Part shown: positions 38,333 through 50,400 of the stretch, piece by piece
How positions within the stretch are numbered: position 1 is the first letter of the stretch
Layout: each line of letters starts with the position of its first letter
Source: Rickettsiales bacterium UBA2645
GTDB taxonomy: Bacteria > Pseudomonadota > Alphaproteobacteria > Rickettsiales > UBA1997
Direction of reading: 5' to 3'
DNA: 64,000 nucleotides
Assembly (NCBI GenBank): GCA_002359655.1
Contig: DENL01000003.1
Span: 7,418-71,417, forward strand
Notes under the pieces: model-generated
Database searches by the model: none
What the model saw: the letters and a program-made list of their open reading frames with translations, nothing else
Told to the model about the DNA's origin: nothing
Position numbers and translations under genes: made by a program

Positions 38333-38803
38333 ATGAAATCTTACGGATTACAATCAATTGAACAAAAACTATCTGACTTTTTAAAACCAATATTCCAAGG
38401 CAGTAAGAAAGAATTTATCTTAATCAATAATTTGGTAAAGAATTGGCAAGAAGTGGTTGGCGTGAAATATTTTAATTTTTGCTATCCAAAATCAGTTAAT
38501 TTTAATAAAGACAAATCAGTTGGTGGCAAGTTGACAATAGCGGTTTACAACTCTTCTGTAGGATTTTTTTTAGAAAATAATTCAGAACTAATTATTGAAA
38601 GAATCGCCCGCTTTTATGGCTTTAAAGCAATTTCTAAAATCATTATTAAACAAGAACCAAAAACCACTAACTCTGTACAGACTTCAGAAATAAAGCTTCC
38701 TGAGCTTGAAGAAAAATTTCTGCAAGAAAGAGTTTCTCAAATTACAGACCCAGATTTGAGCAAAACTTTACAAAAATTAGGACGCGAAATTTTAAAGAAA
38801 TAA
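38333..38803 (+). CDS. DUF721/DciA-like protein
   Basis: 156 aa. The pattern ..L..W..VVG......C.P..........L.I.V.NS..G..L......II.RI....G resembles DUF721. Assignment is from memory of the family profile only. Confidence 0.5.
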   Translation: MKSYGLQSIEQKLSDFLKPIFQGSKKEFILINNLVKNWQEVVGVKYFNFCYPKSVNFNKDKSVGGKLTIAVYNSSVGFFLENNSELIIERIARFYGFKAISKIIIKQEPKTTNSVQTSEIKLPELEEKFLQERVSQITDPDLSKTLQKLGREILKK

Positions 38804-38808
38804 TTTTT

Positions 38809-39702
38809 ATGAACAGCTTCGAAGAAAATCATCAAGGTCATTTTCAAAAATATCGCGCCGCTAAAAATAGCACTTTAGTAAGTGTGGCAGTGAATATTGT
38901 TTTGAGCGCCGCACAAATTATCACCGGACTTTTTTGCGCTTCTCAAGCTTTGGTTGCTGATGGAATTCACTCTCTATCCGATTTGCTTTCAGACTTCGTG
39001 GTTTTGATCGCTAATCATCAAAGCCGAAAAGATGCTGACGAAGATCATCATTACGGACATCAACGTTTCGAAAATGGTGCTTCACTATTTCTAGGCGCTT
39101 CTTTATTGGCTGTTGGCTTGGCTATTTTATGGAATGCTTGTCATAAAATTATTTTTCCAGTCGCGATACAGCAAGTTCAAATTCAAGCTTTGTGGGTGGC
39201 TTTGGTTACTTTATTTTCAAAAGAAATTCTGTTTCGCTACATGATTGCAGTGGCTAAAAAAACGAAATCTTCAATGCTGATCGCTAACGCTTGGCACGCG
39301 CGCTCCGACGCTGCATCTTCTTTAGTTGTAGTGATTGGAATTATCGGCGCTTTAATGGGTTATAAAATTTTAGATACAATTGGCGCTTTAATTGTCGGAT
39401 CAATCATTGCTAAAACTGGTTGGGATTTTGCTTGGGAAGCACTGCATGATTTAATGGATCGCTCAGTTTCTGCGGAAGAAACTTCACAAATTATTGAAAT
39501 TGTAAAAAACACCAGCGGCGTAATTGGCTGCCATGATCTGCGCACCAGAAAAATGGGCGACATGATTGTGATGGATATTCACATCGAAGTCGCTGGCGAT
39601 ATTACAGTGAAAGAAAGTTACAACATTGTCTTAGATGTGAAAAACCGCGTGATGTCTGCAATGCAGGTTCTAGACGTGATGGTGCATGTTGATCCAGTCT
39701 AA
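38809..39702 (+). CDS. Cation diffusion facilitator family transporter (FieF/CzcD-like)
   Basis: Six TM helices with ALVADGIHSLSDL and AWHARSDA metal-site motifs, plus a C-terminal cytoplasmic domain. Confidence 0.88.
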   Translation: MNSFEENHQGHFQKYRAAKNSTLVSVAVNIVLSAAQIITGLFCASQALVADGIHSLSDLLSDFVVLIANHQSRKDADEDHHYGHQRFENGASLFLGASLLAVGLAILWNACHKIIFPVAIQQVQIQALWVALVTLFSKEILFRYMIAVAKKTKSSMLIANAWHARSDAASSLVVVIGIIGALMGYKILDTIGALIVGSIIAKTGWDFAWEALHDLMDRSVSAEETSQIIEIVKNTSGVIGCHDLRTRKMGDMIVMDIHIEVAGDITVKESYNIVLDVKNRVMSAMQVLDVMVHVDPV

Positions 39703-39703
39703 A

Positions 39704-41540
<1,837 letters not shown>

Positions 41541-41584
41541 CTACGCACGAAGTAAATTCATGCCTTCGCAACTAGTTAATATTT

Positions 41585-42280
41585 CTAATTGCTTACAATA
41601 ATTTTTGTTTCTTCTTCAATAATTTTGCCGCCGGCTTCTTTTGCTAAAAGAGTAAATGGTTTATAAAGCTCATAATTTTGATTTTTAAAAATTGCTTTTT
41701 CTAAACGCGAAGAAGCAACATAAGCCAGTTCTAAAGTACGACAGCCGTAAGAGCGCAGCGATTGATTTTTTTCAGTAAGCAAAGATGGTTCTTCGCTAGC
41801 AATCAAAAGTTCACCGCTATTTCTTCTAGAAACGCGAATGCGGCGATTATTAGCATAAGCGCCAAAACCTTTTTCACAGTAGAAAGCTTCACCACCAAAA
41901 ACTTTGCTGATCGCGGCTGAAATTGATTCTTTCTGGCCATTTATAGCGCGATGTTGTAAGGCAACAGCAACTGTAAAATCAGGGTTAGCACGAATTAAAT
42001 TATCGAAACCATCAACTGGGTGAATGATGTAGGAGTATTCAGCATCTTGACTGCGAATTAGATTTTTCTCATCCGAAAAAATTAAGTTATATTCGGGACG
42101 CAATTTTGAAAATTCGTCTGCTAAAACTTGCTTGACACGATTATAACAAGCTGCAGCAAATTTTACGGCAGAAGTTGGATTTGATTGCAAATTTTCTAGT
42201 TCAATAAAATCACGCGGCATGTGAGACGTGGCTTTTTCTATGGCTTTTAGAATGATATTTAGGTTGGCACTATAGCGCAT
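41585..42280 (-). CDS. Inositol monophosphatase-family protein (short)
   Basis: ..YIIHPVDGFDNLIR.. (the DP.DGT.NF-like motif) and overall IMPase-like layout; 231 aa. Confidence 0.7.
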   Translation of the reverse strand: MRYSANLNIILKAIEKATSHMPRDFIELENLQSNPTSAVKFAAACYNRVKQVLADEFSKLRPEYNLIFSDEKNLIRSQDAEYSYIIHPVDGFDNLIRANPDFTVAVALQHRAINGQKESISAAISKVFGGEAFYCEKGFGAYANNRRIRVSRRNSGELLIASEEPSLLTEKNQSLRSYGCRTLELAYVASSRLEKAIFKNQNYELYKPFTLLAKEAGGKIIEEETKIIVSN

Positions 42281-44205
42281 TAGTATTTTCTTGATTGAAG
42301 AGTTAAATTAAGATCAGGAATTGCAGATATGTTTCTCACAGCTTTGAGCGAAAATTCCAGCTTATTTTCTGAAGCATCAGAAATTTTAACCAAACTATGA
42401 GCATGAAAATTTTGATCATCACGATTTTTAAAATCCGAGCGATAGTGAGCCCCACGACTCTCACGACGATTCAAAGCTGCAAAATTTGTTGCTAGAGAAT
42501 TCAAAAAAAGATTTTTCAATTCAAAGTAAGCAACCAACTCTTCATTCCAAATCAGATTTTTATTTTGGATTTTATAGTTTTTAAAAATTGCAAAAAGTTC
42601 TTTGGTTTTTTCAATTCCGCTTTTCAATAATTTTTCTTCGCGAAAAACGCCTAAGTTTTTTTCGTTATTTTCTTGCAAAAGTTTTTTTAGTGTTGGCAAA
42701 ACAGAGATTTTTTCGGCGTAGTAATCCTCTCCTTGAGAGAGGATCGAAGAGCGCAGCGATTCGAGTGGGGGTGTAACTGAAAGTTTTTCACCCCTCACCG
42801 ACTCAGGCAAGCTTAGTCGACTCTCCCTCAAGGGGAGAGTGATCAGATCGAATTTAGTTTTATCTGCATGAGAAAAAATATTTTTCAGTTTTTCAATTTT
42901 TTCAGAAGCGATTTTATCTGAATTTTTAATTGCTTGCTGGGCTATTTTTTCTGCCGCTTTTTTGCCAGCGATCTTACCAAAAACAATTAAATCAAGCAGT
43001 GAGTTGCAACCAAGTCGATTAGCACCATGCACTGAAACACAAGCTGCTTCGCCAATTGCCATCAATCCAGAAATTTCTTTTTCGCCATCAATAACAATAC
43101 AATCAAGATTAGTTGGAATGCCGCCCATTGTGTAATGCGCTGAAGGGCTGACAGGAATCAGATCTTTTTCGACATCAAGACGAGAGAATTTTTTTACCAA
43201 CTCAACAACTCCGGGAAGTTTATTATTTAGGACTTCAGAGCCTAAATGACGTAGATCGAGATTAAGAAAATTTTTATTAACACCAGCTCCACGACCTTCA
43301 AAAATTTCTGTTGCCATGGCTTGCGAAATAACATCGCGCGAAGCCAGCTCCATCATTTTTGGTGCATATCTTTGCATAAAGCGCTCGCCTTCAGAGTTAA
43401 GCAAGTAGCCACCCTCACCTCTTGCAGCTTCTGTTATCAAAAATCCGTAACCATGAATTCCAGTTGGATGAAATTGCACAAACTCCATATCTTGCAAAGC
43501 CAACCCTTCTTCAAAAATAAAAGCTGAACCATCGCCACTACAGATTAAAGATGAGGTAGTATTTTGATAAATTTGGCTGTAGCCACCAGTTGCGAGAATC
43601 ACTATTTTACTTTCAAAAATTATTAACTCGCCAGAATTTAAATCGACTGCTACACAGCCGTGACAACTTGATTTATCTTCAATCAATAGATCGGTGATAA
43701 AAAATTCTGAGAAAAATTTTACGCCATTTTTCAAAGCTTGTTCATACAAAGTGTGCAGAATTGTATGACCTGTTTTATCTTTTGAGTAGCAAGCGCGATA
43801 GGCTATTTCGCCTTGTCCGAAGTTAGTAGTTTGACCGCCATAAGCGCGTTGTGAAATTTTGCCGTCATGACTGCGCGAAAAAACCACGCCCATTTTTTCT
43901 AAATCTAGAATTGATGCTTCAGCTTCACGACAGAGAATTTCAACTGCATCGTTGTCGGCCAAATAATCAGCACCCTTCAAGGTGTCGTAAGCATGCCATT
44001 GCCAATTATCGTTTTTAACATTGCTAAGCGCTGCGTTGATTCCGCCTTTAGCTGAAACTGTGTGACTATTGGTTGGAATGACTTTGCTAATTACAGCAAT
44101 ATTTTTTGCACCAGAATTAATTGCTGAAATCGCTGCCATCAAACCAGCGCCGCCAGATCCAACAATTATTATGTCGAATTGTTTTTTTGAGATTGAAAAA
44201 TCCAC
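42280..44205 (-). CDS. sdhA: Succinate dehydrogenase/fumarate reductase-type flavoprotein subunit, orphan, carrying an in-frame repeat insertion
   Basis: [31 protein letters not shown] (covalent-FAD His context), [38 protein letters not shown]. No sdhB, sdhC or sdhD nearby. Confidence 0.8.
   Translation of the reverse strand: MDFSISKKQFDIIIVGSGGAGLMAAISAINSGAKNIAVISKVIPTNSHTVSAKGGINAALSNVKNDNWQWHAYDTLKGADYLADNDAVEILCREAEASILDLEKMGVVFSRSHDGKISQRAYGGQTTNFGQGEIAYRACYSKDKTGHTILHTLYEQALKNGVKFFSEFFITDLLIEDKSSCHGCVAVDLNSGELIIFESKIVILATGGYSQIYQNTTSSLICSGDGSAFIFEEGLALQDMEFVQFHPTGIHGYGFLITEAARGEGGYLLNSEGERFMQRYAPKMMELASRDVISQAMATEIFEGRGAGVNKNFLNLDLRHLGSEVLNNKLPGVVELVKKFSRLDVEKDLIPVSPSAHYTMGGIPTNLDCIVIDGEKEISGLMAIGEAACVSVHGANRLGCNSLLDLIVFGKIAGKKAAEKIAQQAIKNSDKIASEKIEKLKNIFSHADKTKFDLITLPLRESRLSLPESVRGEKLSVTPPLESLRSSILSQGEDYYAEKISVLPTLKKLLQENNEKNLGVFREEKLLKSGIEKTKELFAIFKNYKIQNKNLIWNEELVAYFELKNLFLNSLATNFAALNRRESRGAHYRSDFKNRDDQNFHAHSLVKISDASENKLEFSLKAVRNISAIPDLNLTLQSRKY
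42716..42852. repeat. RPE-like modular palindromic element, copy B (inside the sdhA-like gene)
   Basis: ..taatcctctccttgagagaggatcgaagagcgcagcgattcgag...cccctcaccgactcaggcaagcttagtcgactctccctcaaggggagagtgatcagatcgaa. It shares its left module with copy D and its right module with copies A and D. Confidence 0.85.
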
Positions 44206-44290
44206 TCGTAAGAAATTTGGTTTAGATTTGAGATTTAAAACTTAAAAATAAAATCATGATCAGATCTTAAATCCTAAATCTTAAATAAAA

Positions 44291-45037
44291 TTGATAAAAA
44301 TTATTTTCTGCGCCTTCAATGAGGAGCGAAGTCTCAAAAAACTTCTAGTTGATATTAGCCACGAGATGCAAAGCTTAAACACTGACTTTGAAATCATTGC
44401 CTGCATTGACGGCACAACCGATAACTCTATTGACTTACTTGAAGCTTTTAAAAAATTTCACCAAGTTAAAATCTTGCCACCACAAAATTCCAGAGGACTG
44501 GGACTGGCTTACAAAAGAATTTTTTTAGATGTAGTAAGTAATTGCGCTGATGATGATTTAGTAATTTCTTTAGACGCTGATAATACTCACAAACCTGAGC
44601 AAATTTCTGAAATGTTAGAACATTTCAAAAAAAATAATCTCGATGTTTTAGTGGCTTCAAGATTTTGCGATAAAAGTGTGATGGCTGAATTTCCACTTTA
44701 TCGAAAATTCATTAGCAAATTTACTTCAATTTTATTGCAAAATTTATTTTCAGTACGCCGAATTTCTGGCGAAAAATTGCAAGATTTTACCAGCGGATAT
44801 CGCATTTATAAAGTTAAGAAATTAAAAAAACTTTTTGCGCTACAAAAAAATGATTTTATTTGCGAGCCTGAATTTACCTATACTTGTGAGCTATTGATAA
44901 AATTATCGCGCATTGATTGTCGTATTGACGAAATTCCAATTTCTTATGATTACGGCAAAAAAGTTGGCGCCAGTAAATTAAGAATAATACGTAATTTTTA
45001 TCGTCTAATAATTTTGCTAATTCGCTTAAAATTCTAA
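44291..45037 (+). CDS. GT2 polyprenol-phosphate glycosyltransferase (DPM1-like), TTG start
   Basis: IIFCAFNEERSL...IACIDGTTDNS...ISLDADNTHKPEQI..M: Dpm1/GtrB-like GT2. Confidence 0.8.
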   Translation: MIKIIFCAFNEERSLKKLLVDISHEMQSLNTDFEIIACIDGTTDNSIDLLEAFKKFHQVKILPPQNSRGLGLAYKRIFLDVVSNCADDDLVISLDADNTHKPEQISEMLEHFKKNNLDVLVASRFCDKSVMAEFPLYRKFISKFTSILLQNLFSVRRISGEKLQDFTSGYRIYKVKKLKKLFALQKNDFICEPEFTYTCELLIKLSRIDCRIDEIPISYDYGKKVGASKLRIIRNFYRLIILLIRLKF

Positions 45038-45143
45038 ATTCAGCTTTAAAGCAAAAATCAAAAAACTTCCAAAATATTTTTTTGTATCTAGAAAGCAGTT
45101 CTTCTCCTAAATAAATTTCCAACCTTTCGAAAATCCCTTAAAT

Positions 45144-46409
45144 ATGAATCAAAAAAGACGCGTAGTAGTAACTGGCATTGGCGCTGTCACGCCTTTATCA
45201 GCAAACGCTGAAGGCACTTGGAAAAAACTAGTTAATGGCCAGTCTGGCATTGGCTATATTTCTCTTTTCGACGCTGCTGAATCTCCATGCAAAATTGCTG
45301 GCGAAGTAAAATCTGGCACTGAAGGCGATTTGTTCAACCTCGATAAATTTGTTGAAGTAAAAGAACAAAAAAAGATGGATCGCTTTATTCACTTTGCAAT
45401 CGCTGCTGCTGAAGAGGCAATCTCTGACTCGGGCTGGAAAGCAGAAAGCGAAGAAGAAAAATACCGAACTGGCGTGATGATCGGCTCTGGTATCGGCGGA
45501 CTTCCTTCAATCGAAAAAACAACTCTCTTCATCAAAGAAAAAGGCGTTAAAAAAATCAGTCCGTTTTTTATTCCAGCAAGTTTAATCAACTTAGCTTCAG
45601 GACAAGTTTCAATTAAATATGGCTTTATGGGCCCTAATCATGCCGTTGTCACCGCCTGTGCAACTGGAGCTCACGCTATTGGCGATTCTACTCGCATGAT
45701 CGAATATGGCGATGTTGATGTAATGATTGCTGGTGGCGCTGAGTCAACTGTTTGCGAAACTGGCATCGGCGGCTTTGCTGCACTAAGAGCACTTTCAACC
45801 AATTTTAACGACAATCCAAACGCCGCTTCAAGACCTTGGGATAAAGACCGCGACGGTTTCGTCATGGGCGAAGGCGCTGGTATAGTTGTTTTAGAAGAAT
45901 ATGAACACGCTAAAAAACGCGGCGCTAAAATTTATGCTGAAGTTGTTGGTTACGGATTATCTGGTGACGCTTATCACATCACAGCCCCTGAAGGCTCTGG
46001 ACGTGGCGCTACTTATGCTATGAAGATTGCTTTAAAACACGCTCAAATCAACAACGACCAGATCGACTACATCAATGCTCATGGAACTTCAACTCCTTTG
46101 GGCGACGAAATCGAAGTTAACTCAGTAAAAAAAGTATTTGGTGATCACGCCTATAAACTTTCAATGTCTTCAACAAAATCAGCAACTGGTCATTTACTTG
46201 GTGCTGCTGGTGCGGTTGAAGCAATATTTTCTGCCTTAGCAATAAGAGATAATATCGCTCCACCAACCTTGAATTTAGAAAACCCTTCCGAAGGTTGCGA
46301 TATTGATTTGGTCGCTAAAACAGCCAAAGCAAAAAAAATTGACTATGTAATGTCAAACTCATTTGGCTTTGGTGGAACCAATGCCTGCCTGATTTTAAAA
46401 AGAATTTAA
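45144..46409 (+). CDS. fabF: Beta-ketoacyl-ACP synthase II
   Basis: RRVVVTGIGAVTPL, active-site ACATGAHAIG, INAHGTSTP.GD, SNSFGFGGTNA. Confidence 0.95.
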   Translation: MNQKRRVVVTGIGAVTPLSANAEGTWKKLVNGQSGIGYISLFDAAESPCKIAGEVKSGTEGDLFNLDKFVEVKEQKKMDRFIHFAIAAAEEAISDSGWKAESEEEKYRTGVMIGSGIGGLPSIEKTTLFIKEKGVKKISPFFIPASLINLASGQVSIKYGFMGPNHAVVTACATGAHAIGDSTRMIEYGDVDVMIAGGAESTVCETGIGGFAALRALSTNFNDNPNAASRPWDKDRDGFVMGEGAGIVVLEEYEHAKKRGAKIYAEVVGYGLSGDAYHITAPEGSGRGATYAMKIALKHAQINNDQIDYINAHGTSTPLGDEIEVNSVKKVFGDHAYKLSMSSTKSATGHLLGAAGAVEAIFSALAIRDNIAPPTLNLENPSEGCDIDLVAKTAKAKKIDYVMSNSFGFGGTNACLILKRI

Positions 46410-46415
46410 AGTTGA

Positions 46416-47450
46416 ATGCGTAAAAAAATTATCACCAATATCTGTGCTGGATTTTCGGTTCTAGTGTTTTGTTACATCGTAACAATACTCAGCATCATCA
46501 TGTATTTTAACGCTCCAAACAGCTATCATACTCAAGATAAAAAATTTATCATTGAGAGCGGCTTAACTTTTCGTCAGGTAGTTGAAAAACTTAACCAAGA
46601 AAAAATTGTTAAGAACCCTGATGTATTTTTGCATCTTTCTCAACTTATCAAAGGTGTCGATCTTAAAGTTCGTTACGGCGAATATTTTTTCGAAAAAAAT
46701 ACTTCTTACTATAAAATTTTGCACAAAATGGTGCGCGGTAACATCTTTTTCCGTAAAGTAACTGTTGCCGAAGGTCTTAGTACAAAAAGTATTTTAAAAA
46801 TTATTGAAACATCTCCCGGTCTTATTGGCCAGCTTCCAGAAGGCATCAAAGAAGGCTCTTTATTGCCTGAAACATATTTTTATTCCTATAACGACACTAA
46901 GCTAAGTATCGTCAAAAGAATGCGCAGCGCCATGGAAAAAGCTATTGATGATCTATGGGAAAAGCGCGATCTAACCATTCCAGTTAAAACAAAAGAACAA
47001 GCTTTGATTTTGGCCTCAATTGTTGAAAAAGAAACTGGCATAGATTCAGAACGCCCAAAAGTTGCATCTGTTTTTGTTAATCGTTTGAAAAAAGGCATGA
47101 AGCTGCAATCCGACCCAACCATAATTTATTCTTTCAGCAAAGGTGATAAAAACTTGGAAAGACCAATCAGAATGAGTGATATCAGAAATAGCTCTGTCTA
47201 TAACACTTATTATATTTACGGCTTGCCACCAACTCCAATTTGCAATCCAGGGCTTGCAGCAATCAAAGCTGTTTTAAATCCACCGCAAACTGATTATATT
47301 TATTTTGTGGCAAATGGTCGTGGTGAGCATCACTTCTCAACCACAATTAGTGAACACAATGAATATGTCGCAAAATATCGTAGCTTCGTTGCTCAACCAA
47401 AACCAGTGGATTCGAAAACTGCTACAACTCAATCTGAAGCAGCACAATAA
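46416..47450 (+). CDS. mltG: Endolytic murein transglycosylase MltG (YceG-like)
   Basis: N-terminal TM, ..LASIVEKETG...ERPKVASVFVNRL..GM.LQSDPT..Y motif, and fabF-mltG synteny. Confidence 0.9.
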   Translation: MRKKIITNICAGFSVLVFCYIVTILSIIMYFNAPNSYHTQDKKFIIESGLTFRQVVEKLNQEKIVKNPDVFLHLSQLIKGVDLKVRYGEYFFEKNTSYYKILHKMVRGNIFFRKVTVAEGLSTKSILKIIETSPGLIGQLPEGIKEGSLLPETYFYSYNDTKLSIVKRMRSAMEKAIDDLWEKRDLTIPVKTKEQALILASIVEKETGIDSERPKVASVFVNRLKKGMKLQSDPTIIYSFSKGDKNLERPIRMSDIRNSSVYNTYYIYGLPPTPICNPGLAAIKAVLNPPQTDYIYFVANGRGEHHFSTTISEHNEYVAKYRSFVAQPKPVDSKTATTQSEAAQ

Positions 47451-47468
47451 ATTATAGGCTGAATCATT

Positions 47469-50400
47469 GTGACGAACAACCTCGCACAAACAATCAATCT
47501 CCAACAATTTGCTTCTAGCCCAGACATATCGTGCTGGGTTTTTGCTTCGGCTGGCTCAGGAAAAACCAGAGTTTTGACTAATCGAGTTTTAAGATTACTT
47601 CTAAGGGGAGTTGCACCAGATAAAATTCTTTGCCTCACCTTCACAAAAGTTGCAGCAAGCGAAATGCAAAGTCGCATCAATGCAGAATTAGCCAACTGGG
47701 TTTTGGTTGATGAAGCTAATCTAGCAAAAAAATTATTCGAATTAACCGGTAATATCGCCAGCAAAGCCGATCTTAAAAAAGCCCGCATTTTATTTGCCGA
47801 AGTTTTAGACGCAGAGTCAAAAATAAAAATCCAAACCATTCACTCATTTTGCCAAAGCTTGGTAAAAATATTTCCCTTTGAAGCTGGAGTTAAACCTAAT
47901 TTTGAAGTTTTGGAAGAAGCGCAAGAAAAGTTATTATTACAAAAAGCCCAAAAAGAAGTTCTAAAAAAAGCTGTTAAAAACTCTGAGTTAAAAAATCTGG
48001 TTGTTAAAATTAACTCTCGCTTACATGAAGCAAGCTTCTCTGAGTTGGTTTCTGATCTTCTAGCAAAAAAAGAGCAGCTAACAATTTTAAAAGAAAATTT
48101 TTTTGGAATTGACGGCGTAATTGACGAGATTTTCAAAAATTTTTCTGTAAATAAAAATAGTAACGCAGCAGAAATTTGTGACGAATTTTTTAAATCAATA
48201 AATAAGCAAGAAGTTGATAAGCTCTTGATAGCTCTGGAAGAAAGCGGCTTGATAAGCAATAAAAATATTGCTGAAAAAGTCAGAAAATTTTTACAAAATC
48301 CAAGCGAAGAAAAATTTTTAATTTACCAGTCAGCTTTTTTTACCGACAAAAATGAAATCAGAAAAATCAATGGCAAAGTTCTGCAAAACCCTGATTTAGA
48401 AAGAATTGCAACGGATCAAATAAATCTGATTTCTAGTTTTTGTGATCAAATAAATTCTTACAAAATCTGCAATTCCAGCGCTTTGCTTTTAAAATTTACC
48501 GACGCAATTTTAGAAATTTATGCCGTACTTAAAAAACAAAATGCCTTTTTAGATTATAACGATCTGATCATCGAAACCAACAGATTGCTGGCTAATCCAA
48601 ATTTTTCTGATTGGGTAAAAATGAAAATGGATGGTTTATTCGACCATATTTTGATCGACGAATCGCAAGATACCAACCACCAACAATGGAATATTATTAA
48701 AGCTCTGACCGAAGATTTTTTCTCAGGAATTAGCGCTGCAAATAAAAACCGAACAATTTTTATTGTTGGCGATGAAAAGCAGTCGATCTATTCATTTCAA
48801 GGCGCTGAGCCTCACATTAGTGGTGAGATTTTTTTTTACTTTGACGAGAAACTAAAAAATCACCCAAATAAATTTCACAAGATTGATCTAAATAATTCTT
48901 TTCGTTCACTTAGCGAAATTCTAGGCGTTGTTGATGCAACTTTTAGTGGCGAAAAAGAGAAAGCGGCGATTGCTAAAATCTCTGATTTTAAAGGTCACAG
49001 CGCAATTCGCCAAGGAGTTGGACATTTTGAAATTTGGCCACAAATCAAAATCAAAAAAGAAGAAAAAACTAAAAATGCAGATAAAGATTACAGTTGGAAA
49101 ATAGATTTTGTGCCACGAGAAAATTATCACGAACAAGAATTTTTGGCCGAATTAATTGCAATTAAAATCAAAGATTGGGTAGAAAATAAAAGAGTTTTAC
49201 AAAGCCGTATAGAGACTCTGAAATACAGCGATTTCATGATTTTACTGCGTAAAAGAACTGATGGTTTTGATCAAATTTTGAGCCGCTTTTTTTATCAATA
49301 TCAAATTCCCTTTGGTGGCAAAAATAAAATAAAATTCGACGACAACATAATTATTCAAGATCTGCTTGCTGCAGCTAGATTTGCGCTTTCTCCATTTGAC
49401 GATTTGAATCTGGCTGCACTTTTAAAATCACCAATTTTCAACATCAATGAAGAAGAGTTGTTAGAAATTTGTCTTTTTAAAAACAATAATCAAACCAGCA
49501 TTTACAAGGCTTTGAAGCAAATTCCAAAATTTGCTAACATCAGTATTTATTTAGAAGTTTTAGAAAAAAAAGCAGTGCAAACAAATTGTTTTGAGTTTTT
49601 TTATTTTTTATTAAGTCAAGAAAACCGTCAAAAAATTATTAGTCGCTTTAACTCGGAAAGCTCTGAAATATTGGATAAATTCGTTTTAAAAGTTTTTGAT
49701 TTTGCTAATAATTTTTCAGCAAGTTTACAAAAATTTTTAGAATTTATCGAAAGCTTTAATCCAGAAATTTCAGTTACAACAGAAAATAATAATCAGGTTT
49801 TAATCACTACAATCCATTCTGCCAAAGGCTTGCAAGCACCAATTGTTATTATTCCAGATTGTTGTTTTGATACCGACAGATTGCGCAGCACTAAAGAAAA
49901 AATTTCTTGGATTGAATTCGCAGAAAATAAATTACCAATTTGGTGCGCCGCAAAAAATGAAGAAAATAAATTATTAAAAACCAATCGTGAATTAAAAAAA
50001 CAACAAGCTAAAGATGAATATTTACGCCTACTTTATGTTGCCATGACCAGAGCTGAAGACGAGCTTTATATCGCGGGAAGCGGCAATTTTAATGACTCAG
50101 AATCTTGGTATGATTTAATCAAAAAATCTGTCGCTGATAAATGTTGGCAGAAAGAATTTTTTGACGAAAAAACCAAAAAACTAAACTCAGATAAATTTGA
50201 AATTAGCAACGAGATTTTAGGAATTGGGGAGAAAAAATATCAATATGCGGAGAATAATCTTTTTATAAACAACTCGATCGTTTTTGATGAAAAACCTCAA
50301 ATATCTTTTAAGACTAAAGAGAAAAAACTAAATAAATCTTCAGTGCCACTAGCAAAAGATGATAATATTTTTACCGAGATAAAAAGCTCACAAAATCAAA

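Noticed and set aside
47429-48259. Two track ORFs (136 aa and 139 aa) on the minus strand
   Set aside because: They are entirely antisense to the well-supported addA gene, low-complexity, and show no recognisable motifs. They are typical shadow ORFs.
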